DNA of 12,562 nucleotides from Nitrospinota bacterium (GTDB lineage Bacteria > UBA8248), in NCBI GenBank assembly GCA_046581755.1, contig JAYGFR010000367.1, positions 1 to 12,562 of the forward strand. Reading direction: 5' to 3'. A program made the translations under genes and the position numbers. Shown piece by piece: positions 5,600 to 12,562 of this stretch (the stretch's first letter is position 1; every line of letters begins with the position of its first letter). The notes below the pieces were generated by a model. It was not told the origin of the DNA. It searched no databases and was given only the letters and a program-made list of their open reading frames with translations.

Positions 5600-7766
5600 T
5601 TGTTGCCCACTCTCTACGGAAAACATGTAATGGCTCGGCACGCTGTCAGGGTAATGCTTTGCGCTCTCTTGCCCCTCGGGATGGCGATAGTGCCTTTCGG
5701 ACCTCAAATTTCTCTTGCCGGGGCTGCCGAAAAAAAGGGTGACGCAAAAAAAAAAGGTCAATCCAATCGAGGAAATGAAGATAAACCCGGTTCTCATGTT
5801 CCGGGTGGCTCTCCGGTATAGCCAGCGAGGACTGTACACCAGGGCGATACCAATTCTGGCGGCCTTCGTCCAAGCCTTTCCCAACAGGGTGGAGCATCGG
5901 CGTGCTGCGTATATGCTGGCGGACGCCTACTTCTTCATTGCCAAGACTGGCGTTTCCGTTGCGTATGATAATGCAATCGCGGCATTCACCCGCGCACTGG
6001 TGCAATATCCCCAGGCCCCTCAGATGCCCTCGGCCTATATGAGGCTGGGGCGGGCTTACAAAGCGAAAAAGAAATATGCGGAAGCCCAGGTTGCCTTCCG
6101 CTCCTTGCTGAGGCTGGCGCCAGAAAGCCCTCAGGCCCCTCAGGCGCTGCTGCAAATCGCTGAACGCTACATGGTCCTGGAGGATCCCAAGAGCGCCATA
6201 GTGGAGTACAGCAAGATTTTAAAAAAATATCGGGGGTCGCCCGCTGAGAAAGATGCGCATTTCGGCATCGCCAATGCCCTTTTCAAGCGAAAATTATTCC
6301 CGGATGCCCTGCGCCAGTTCGGCGTGGGGAAAAAGCGCTGGCCCGAATTCTTTAGGGTCCGTTCGAATCTCCTGTATAATTATGCAGAATCCCTGTTCCA
6401 GGTTCGCAATTTTTCAAGGGCGGGGGCCGCCTTTCTTCGAATGGTGAACGTGAACCCGACCTCTGATTTTTCCCACCGTGCGCTTGCCAGGCTGGGAGAT
6501 ATACAGCTGGAGCTGGGGAGGACGGAAGAGGCGATCAGGGTCTATTCGCGGGTAATTTCGACCTATCCGAAGACAGAAGGAGCTTGGGTTTCTCTCATTC
6601 GAATCGCCGATATCGGGGTCGAGGGTAAGTTTAAGCTCAAGCCCGGTTGGGTTTTTCAAAACGTCGCGATGCGCGATCCCCAAGGCGCCTATTGGCGGGT
6701 CATCAAAGAAGATCGGGTGGGCCGTCTGGCGCATGTCGCCTATCTGCGAATCGCCGCCTACCATTTAAAAAATGGCGATCTTCGAGATGCGATTAAAGCC
6801 GCCCAGACCTTTTTGTCGAAGTTTCCCAAGTCGAGATTGGCGAATAACGCCAATATTATTATGGCGCGTGCTTACTTCGAGGAAGTGGGCCGATTTTACA
6901 GGCGCGAGCAGTTCCTGCGTGCGATCCGCACCTATGGCGAATTTCGGTCTATCGTTCCGGATCGCGCGAGCATCCTCGCTAAGCCCTATAAGGCCATGGT
7001 TGAAGCCGGCGAAAGCTATCTGCGTCTTGGCTTGTACAAAGAAGCGAATAAAATTTTTGAAAAAATTCTCGGAGATCCCCAAGGCATCATCTCGGCCGGG
7101 GGGGAGGCGATATTCCGCCTTGCCCAGTCTTCTTTGCTATCCGGGGACAGAAAAAAGGCCAAGGAATTGGCGCTCAGTTTTGTCCGGCGGTTCCCCAAAG
7201 GCGAAAGGTCGCCTTCCATCCGGGCTATTTTGGGCGAAATTGGCTGGCTGGATAAAGATCCTCGCACGGCGGTTGATATGATAACCGAAGCTTTGAAGGG
7301 GAACCTCGATAATGAACTCCGGGCGCGGACGCTGTTCGTCCTCTCGGAGGCAAACGCCGAGATTTTTCATTATGCCGAATCCATCGAGGCGCTCCGAAAG
7401 GCAATTGCGCTTTATCCCAAGGTGCCGGGGAAGGTAAAGCCTTTTTCCCTGGAGTTGGCCAGCTTTCGCCTTGGCGATGTGCTTTACGAGGGCCGCCGCT
7501 GGATTGGTTCCCTGGTGGCATATATGGGAGCTGTCGAGGCATTTCCCAAGAGCAAGCTTGCCGGATGGGCGTATCACCGCATCGGAAAGATTCAGGTGCA
7601 TTTGAACCTGAAGGACCGGCTCAAGGCATCGAAAAAACCGACCGTGAGCGCCGTGAACGATCGGTTCTGGAGCAGTATTACCCAATTTCGGTTGAATAGC
7701 TCCAAATGGGAGAAGAAAAACCGTTCTCGAATGGACCAATTGGAGCGTGAAGGCCTGGCGAATTAG
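5600..7766 (+). CDS. Large TPR-repeat protein (BamD/CpoB-like repeats), probably exported; frame interrupted at an A10 tract
   Basis: The body (frame of ORF 5715-7766) has many TPR units (AYMLADAYF, AYMRLGRAY, ALLQIAERY, ALARLGDIQ; YP/FP.S..A turns). SD GGAGGAGG at 5588-5595 precedes TTG 5600/5603, which opens a signal-peptide-like sequence in a different frame. Removing one A from 5746-5755 joins them into 721 aa. Confidence 0.85.
5746..5755 (+). repeat. A10 homopolymer at the TPR gene frameshift (A7 nearby at 5730-5736)
   Basis: GACGC-A10-GGTCA read directly from the sequence. Confidence 0.9.
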
Positions 7767-7806
7767 CCTTCCCATTGATCCATCCATGCCCTGGTGAGGA
7801 AAGTCG

Positions 7807-9171
7807 TTGGGTGAAGTTCTTTTGGTCGGCCCTGAGGATGTATTTCCCGCCGAGATGGAAGAGTGTATCCACGGCCAGGGCCATTCAACCTGCCGGGCTC
7901 TAGGTTCGGGGCAGGCCCTCATCGAGTCGGATAAGGCCGATAAGCTTTTGGCATTCATCGACGCAGGCTCCTCCCTATACAGCGCACAGGATTTGATGCG
8001 GAAAATTCTTGTCCGGCGGCCCGAGGCCTGCGTCGTGGTTACGTCCAGCGAGCCATCGGTCGATATGGCCGTTGAATTTATCAAGGATGGGGCGTGGGAC
8101 TTTTTAATTCGCCCCGTTGAGCCGGAAAAGTTGGCTTTGGTGCTCGATCAGACCATTGGTGGGAGCGATAAGGCAGCGGCTCCAATCGATGAAGATGAAG
8201 AGGATGGCCCAGCCATCATCACGAACGACCCGGCCTTCAAAAAACTCCTTTCCATCGCCGAGCAGGCGGCGGGCGCGGCGGCGGCAGTCCTAATTCAGGG
8301 GGAAAGCGGCACCGGGAAGGAGATGCTCGCACGTTTTATTCACATGAAAAGTCCTCGGAGGGATAAGCCGTTCGTGGCCATTAATTGCGCCGCTCTGCCC
8401 GAGGCATTGCTGGAGAGCGAACTGTTTGGCCACGAAAAAGGTGCATTTACCGGAGCCATTTCCAGGCGATTGGGGAAATTCGAGTTGGCCAGCGGAGGGA
8501 GCATCCTGTTGGATGAAATCACCGAAATGCAGTTGCACTTGCAGGCGAAACTCCTCCGCGTTCTCCAGGAACAGGTTTTGGACCGGGTCGGGGGCCAGGC
8601 GCCTGTAAATGTCGATGTGCGGATAATTGCCACCACGAACCGTCCGGTCGCCACCTACATCGAAGAGGGAAATTTCCGCGAAGACTTGTATTACCGGCTC
8701 AATGTCATTCCCCTTTATATTCCCCCCCTCCGGGATCGGAGGGGAGATATACCTCCCTTGATTGGTCATTTCATAAAAAAACATAATAAAAAAAATAACA
8801 AATCGATAAGCAAGATATCTGATGAAGTGTATGAAGTATTGCTGCGCCTTCCTTGGAAGGGAAATGTGCGGGAACTGGAAAATGCCGTTGAGCGGGCCGT
8901 TGTCCTTGCTCCTGGGGATGAGTTGCGCGTGGAACATTTGCTCCTTGACCAAATTACTCAAGATTCTGTCGCACCGGCCTCATCGCAAAAAGAAAATGGC
9001 CTGGAAACAATGGTGGGTATGACAGTTCAGGAAATGGAGCGTCAGCTCATCATCTCCACGCTCGGCAAGGTCAGTGAAAACCGGACCAAGGCCGCAGAAA
9101 TGCTCGGGATCAGCATTCGAACCCTCCGCAACAAATTGAAGGAGTACCAATCCCAGAGTTCTTCTTCATAA
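7807..9171 (+). CDS. Sigma54-dependent response regulator, FleR/FlrC/FlbD-like, with an atypical receiver domain
   Basis: GESGTGKEMLAR, ESELFGHEKGAFTGA, LLDEITEM, FREDLYYRLNV, GNVRELEN and HTH AAEMLGISIRTLRNKLKEY, an ending characteristic of FleR/FlrC/FlbD. TTG start with SD GAGGA. Confidence 0.93.
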   Translation: MGEVLLVGPEDVFPAEMEECIHGQGHSTCRALGSGQALIESDKADKLLAFIDAGSSLYSAQDLMRKILVRRPEACVVVTSSEPSVDMAVEFIKDGAWDFLIRPVEPEKLALVLDQTIGGSDKAAAPIDEDEEDGPAIITNDPAFKKLLSIAEQAAGAAAAVLIQGESGTGKEMLARFIHMKSPRRDKPFVAINCAALPEALLESELFGHEKGAFTGAISRRLGKFELASGGSILLDEITEMQLHLQAKLLRVLQEQVLDRVGGQAPVNVDVRIIATTNRPVATYIEEGNFREDLYYRLNVIPLYIPPLRDRRGDIPPLIGHFIKKHNKKNNKSISKISDEVYEVLLRLPWKGNVRELENAVERAVVLAPGDELRVEHLLLDQITQDSVAPASSQKENGLETMVGMTVQEMERQLIISTLGKVSENRTKAAEMLGISIRTLRNKLKEYQSQSSSS

Positions 9172-9173
9172 AA

Positions 9174-9219
9174 GTCAATTTGGTGACGACTTTCATAATT
9201 CCGTCGTTCGTGAATTGAC
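9174..9219. promoter_or_regulatory. Putative upstream activating sequence for the flgB sigma54 promoter
   Basis: GTCA-ATTTGG-TGAC at 9174-9187 plus a TTGAC half-site ending at 9219, ~120-160 bp upstream of the -24 element, followed by an AT-rich spacer (9255-9301). Confidence 0.55.
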
Positions 9220-9335
9220 GAGTATATCCTCGCCTAATCTCGATTTCTGTACCCATAAATTCTTTATATTCCATATGCGCAATAAATACAAATACTTATA
9301 ACGTACGATTGTTCGCCATTATTCTGGCGTGATAC

Positions 9336-9351
9336 TGGCACAATAGTTGCT
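9336..9351 (+). promoter_or_regulatory. Sigma54 (RpoN) -24/-12 promoter of the flgB operon
   Basis: TGGCAC-AATAG-TTGCT matches the TGGCAC-N5-TTGCW consensus exactly; predicted transcription start near 9362. Confidence 0.9.
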
Positions 9352-9433
9352 TTCTTTTTCGGTGACTTAGTGGAGAAGCGGGAAATCATCCACTAGATGC
9401 CTATATTGAAGGGTAATGAGGAGGAACAGACCG

Positions 9434-9853
9434 ATGCCGGGTCCGGAGCTATTCAACGATACGATGTTTGCTTACCAACGGGTAATGGATTTCCGAACTC
9501 AGCGGCATAATGTCGTATCCTCCAACCTGTCCAACGCTGAAACTCCTGGCTATGAGGCAAAAGACGTCCAATTTGAAAACATCTTGAAAGAAGCCATTAC
9601 AACGGAAAAAGGCTTTCCGTTGGTGAGGACGAACAGCAAACATATCGACCAGGGGGGGCAAATCGAAATCCTCTCGACCCGGCCCCAGATCGTCAAGGTG
9701 AAATCGCCCATCGCATCTTTCGATGGAAATACCGTATCCGTGGAAAAAGAAATGGCAAAGATGAGTGAAAACAGCATGTTATATCAAACTGAAACAGAGG
9801 TTCTTGCCCGGCTGTTCAAGGGGATTAAGGTAGCTGTAATGGAGGGAAGGTAA
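9434..9853 (+). CDS. flgB: Flagellar basal-body rod protein FlgB
   Basis: RHNVVSSNLSNAETPGYEAKDVQF and DGNTVSVEKEMAKMSENSMLY. Start ATG 9434 chosen for SD GAGGAGG at 9418-9424. Confidence 0.96.
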   Translation: MPGPELFNDTMFAYQRVMDFRTQRHNVVSSNLSNAETPGYEAKDVQFENILKEAITTEKGFPLVRTNSKHIDQGGQIEILSTRPQIVKVKSPIASFDGNTVSVEKEMAKMSENSMLYQTETEVLARLFKGIKVAVMEGR

Positions 9854-9855
9854 AT

Positions 9856-10317
9856 ATGGACCTTTTCCAATCTATGCAAATTAGTGCTTCCGGGTTGGCA
9901 GCCCAACGCATTCGAATGAACGTCATCGCCAGCAACTTGGCAAATATAAACACAACGAAAACTCCCGAGGGGGGACCCTACCGCCGCAAGGATGTCTATT
10001 TCCGTCCCATTGAGGTCAATGAATTGGGCGGCGGTTCCGATGTGGCAAGGGCCCGAATTTCCTTTAAAAACGAGTTGGAGCGCGAACTGAGGGGTGTGGA
10101 AATCAGCCGGGTCGTTAAGGATCAAAAAGATCCCCGCCTCGTTTACAATCCCTCCCATCCGGACGCCAACGACAAGGGATACGTGTCCATGCCAAACATC
10201 AACATGATCACCGAAGTCGTTACCATGATGAATGCACAGCGTTCCTACGAGGCGAACGTGACGGCCATCAACGCAACGAAAGCCATGATTAACAAATCCA
10301 TGGCGATCGGCAGATAG
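9856..10317 (+). CDS. flgC: Flagellar basal-body rod protein FlgC
   Basis: ISASGLAAQRIRMNVIASNLAN, GPYRRK, YNPSHPDA, GYVSMPNIN and RSYEAN. Confidence 0.97.
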   Translation: MDLFQSMQISASGLAAQRIRMNVIASNLANINTTKTPEGGPYRRKDVYFRPIEVNELGGGSDVARARISFKNELERELRGVEISRVVKDQKDPRLVYNPSHPDANDKGYVSMPNINMITEVVTMMNAQRSYEANVTAINATKAMINKSMAIGR

Positions 10318-10334
10318 ATAAACTGAGGGATAAA

Positions 10335-10679
10335 ATGGCGAATATCAGTCCAATTCAAAACCAGCAACTTCCCGGCCTTTCGAATAGTCAGAAGCCCAAC
10401 ACCGGGTTTTTTTCACTCGATGGGCTTCCAAGCCAAGTGGATGTCAATACCCCCAATGATTCAACCTTTTCCGGGATGATCTCGAATCTGCTCTCCACAA
10501 CGAACACCAAAATGGTGGAAGCAAACCAAAAAAGCCTTGAGATGCTTGCAGGGGAGAGCAAAAATATTCACGAGGTGATGATTTCCCTCGAGAAGGCGGA
10601 TATATCGTTCCGGTTTCTGAACCAAGTGCGGAACAAGGCGGTCGATGCGTACACCGAAATATTCCGGATGCAGCTATAG
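10335..10679 (+). CDS. fliE: Flagellar hook-basal body complex protein FliE
   Basis: IHEVMISLEKADISF...VRNKAVDAYTEIFRMQL; lies between flgC and fliF. Confidence 0.95.
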   Translation: MANISPIQNQQLPGLSNSQKPNTGFFSLDGLPSQVDVNTPNDSTFSGMISNLLSTTNTKMVEANQKSLEMLAGESKNIHEVMISLEKADISFRFLNQVRNKAVDAYTEIFRMQL

Positions 10680-10692
10680 CCTGGTTTTTGGG

Positions 10693-10710
10693 GCCCGCCT
10701 GAAGGCGGGC
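10693..10710 (+). other. GC-rich hairpin between fliE and fliF
   Basis: GCCCGCC-TGAA-GGCGGGC with no downstream U-tract, so more likely an mRNA stability or processing element than a terminator. Confidence 0.45.
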
Positions 10711-10744
10711 GGAGGCGAGAGCCCCGCCGAATGAGGAGTGAGCG

Positions 10745-12400
10745 ATGAATCTTTTGATTCAACTGGTGCATCAATTCTGGGAAGTCATAGTTGGCATGTC
10801 GGCTGCCCGGCGCACCGCCATTCTTCTATTCATGGGCATCATTATCTCCTCTCTCATCGGCCTCATGGTGTGGTCCAGCCGTCCTGATTATCAAGTTTTG
10901 TATTCGGGTTTGGCCCAGGACGACGCCGGAACGGTGCTGACCCGTCTCCGGGAAAGGCGGATTCCGTACATTCTCGATGGAAACGGCACAGTCATAAAGG
11001 TTCCCAGTTCGGTGCTTCACGAAATGAGGCTAGCCCTTGCCGAGGAAAACCTTCCGTCCGGCGGAGGCGTAGGGTTCGAGATTTTTGACCGATCGAGCCT
11101 GGGAGTGACGGATTTTGTTCAAAAGGTGAATTTTCTCAGGGCTCTTCAGGGAGAACTGGCGAAAACGATCACGCACATCCGGTCGATTAAATCAGCCCGG
11201 GTCCATATCGTGATGCCCGACAGATCGCTGTTTAGCGAGGAAAAAAGGGTGCCCACCGCCTCGGTTGTCGTGGGCTTGTCCGGGGCCGCCAGGCTTTCCA
11301 AGCGCCATGTCAATTCGATCGTACAGCTTGTGGCGGGCGCGGTAGAGGGCCTGGAATCGAAAAATGTCACGTTGGTGGATAACCGAGGGAATATATTGGC
11401 CGGAGGCAAGGGAGACGATGATGCCGATCTCTTTTCCGCCACACAACAGGAATTCGAGGCCAATCTCGAGGGCCGAATGGAACGGCACATCGAATCCATG
11501 CTCGAGAAGGTGGTGGGCGTGGGAAAGGTCGTTGCCCGCGTGGATCTGGATTTGAACATGAAGCGTGTGGAACGGACCCGAGAAATTTTTGACCCGGAAA
11601 AACAGATTGAGCGCAGCATTCGCCGCATCAAGGAGTCGAACCAGAGCGGCGCGGCCGGGACCGGCGGCGTCCCCGGCGTTCAGGCCAACGTCCCGGAAAG
11701 CGAAAGAAATAAAAATGTCACTGCAGCCGCGGGAGGCACCGAGCGGAAAAGCTCGCGGACTTCCGAGACCATCAATTACGAAATCGACAAAACGATCGAG
11801 CGGACGGTGGAGCCCGTAGGCGAAATCCGGAAGATTTCGGTGGCCGTCATGGTCAATGGCGTGGCGGGCACCGCCCCCGGTCAGTTCCAGCCCCGCCCGA
11901 AGGCTGAAATCGACAAATTTAAGCAACTCGTCCGGGCGGCGATTGGAGCGAACACGCAGCGCGGCGATTTGGTGGAGATTCAGTCCGTACCCTTCGTGGC
12001 GCCGCCTCCCCCGGAGGAGGGAGGAATTGTCCCTGTCAGCCAGCAGGCTTTCATTACCGATATGATTCAGTATATCGTTGGAATTATTGCTTTGGTCATG
12101 ATTTTCCTCTTTATCGTCCGTCCGATTCTGAGTTGGCTCACTTCCGTGGAGCTTAGGGCCGCGCCGCCTTCTGGGGCTCTGGCGGCTGGAATGGGAGCGT
12201 TGGCACTGCCTGGCCTGCCGGGAGCCGCCGCTCTGCTCGCGGAGCCTGAGGTGCCAGCGGTTATGAACAAGGAAGAGATTCAAATGGAAGAAGCTGCTAA
12301 AATATACGACCAGGTTTACGATTTTGTGTCGAATAATCCTGAAGAGACGGCAGATCTCCTTCGAAGGTGGGTGAGAGAAAGCCCGACCTCACCGTTGTAG
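10745..12400 (+). CDS. fliF: Flagellar MS-ring protein FliF
   Basis: Two TM segments, LYSGL...DAG, GVGFEIFD, RALQGELAKTI, ARVHIVMP, SLF, PTASV, TINYEIDKT, ISVAVMVNG, RGDLV and a C-terminal NPEETADLLRRW. Confidence 0.97.
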   Translation: MNLLIQLVHQFWEVIVGMSAARRTAILLFMGIIISSLIGLMVWSSRPDYQVLYSGLAQDDAGTVLTRLRERRIPYILDGNGTVIKVPSSVLHEMRLALAEENLPSGGGVGFEIFDRSSLGVTDFVQKVNFLRALQGELAKTITHIRSIKSARVHIVMPDRSLFSEEKRVPTASVVVGLSGAARLSKRHVNSIVQLVAGAVEGLESKNVTLVDNRGNILAGGKGDDDADLFSATQQEFEANLEGRMERHIESMLEKVVGVGKVVARVDLDLNMKRVERTREIFDPEKQIERSIRRIKESNQSGAAGTGGVPGVQANVPESERNKNVTAAAGGTERKSSRTSETINYEIDKTIERTVEPVGEIRKISVAVMVNGVAGTAPGQFQPRPKAEIDKFKQLVRAAIGANTQRGDLVEIQSVPFVAPPPPEEGGIVPVSQQAFITDMIQYIVGIIALVMIFLFIVRPILSWLTSVELRAAPPSGALAAGMGALALPGLPGAAALLAEPEVPAVMNKEEIQMEEAAKIYDQVYDFVSNNPEETADLLRRWVRESPTSPL

Positions 12401-12412
12401 GGGGAATGACCG

Positions 12413-12562
12413 ATGGTACGGAGTTCGGCGCGGATAGAGAATCTGAATGGCTCGGAGAAGTCGGCGATTTTGTTGCTGAACCTGGGCGAGGAGATGGCGG
12501 GCAAGGTGCTCACCATCATGAGCCAGGATGAGATACAGCATCTGGGCAACTACATGGCGAGC
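12413..12562 (+). CDS. fliG: Flagellar motor switch protein FliG, N-terminal 50 codons (runs off the window)
   Basis: MVRSSARIENLNGSEKSAILLLNLGEEMAGKVLTIMSQDEIQHLGNYMAS matches the FliG N-terminal pattern G.EKAAILLL.LGEE.A..V...EI; directly follows fliF. Not in the ORF track. Confidence 0.92.
   Translation, partial: MVRSSARIENLNGSEKSAILLLNLGEEMAGKVLTIMSQDEIQHLGNYMAS

Noticed and set aside
4600..8720. Short nucleotide identities between the two bEBP genes (e.g. AGCGGCACCGGGAA)
   Set aside because: Conserved AAA+ motifs in paralogs, not mobile repeats.
9207..9222. TTCGTGAA as half of a Rex operator
   Set aside because: No correctly spaced TTCAC half-site; no Rex box was found near the atp promoter either.
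7137..12283. Long antisense ORFs (7137-8084, 8290-8961, 11192-12283 and others)
   Set aside because: Shadow frames of well-supported plus-strand genes in GC-rich DNA, with no protein motifs.
1..12562. CRISPR arrays, tRNA/rRNA genes, IS elements, integrases
   Set aside because: No spaced direct repeats, cloverleaf signatures, terminal inverted repeats or transposase/recombinase motifs were seen.

Overview
The window has two divergent blocks separated by a ~950-bp intergenic region (3145-4092). Left block, minus strand: a split F0-only ATP synthase operon (atpZ-atpI-atpB-atpE) from a near-consensus sigma70 promoter, then a broken rex gene and tsaB. Right block, plus strand: the start of a sigma54-controlled flagellar cluster, with a FleQ/FlrA-like enhancer-binding protein (bEBP), a large TPR protein, a FleR/FlrC-like bEBP, a perfect sigma54 promoter and flgB-flgC-fliE-fliF-fliG (partial). 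The organisation resembles Deltaproteobacteria/Nitrospinota-type genomes (inference). Three things are not visible in the ORF track. (1) The TPR gene's ribosome-binding site and signal peptide lie in another frame, joined to the body through an A10 tract; A9 would restore one 721-aa protein. (2) rex has lost ~80 codons covering the NADH-binding GxGxxG region, and its C-terminal part is in the -1 frame behind an A9 tract, ending over the tsaB start. (3) FleQ-box-like GTCA-N6-TGAC palindromes sit on the first regulator's putative -35 and ~150 bp upstream of the flgB sigma54 promoter. Both frameshifts fall in homopolymers, so sequencing error cannot be excluded without raw reads.
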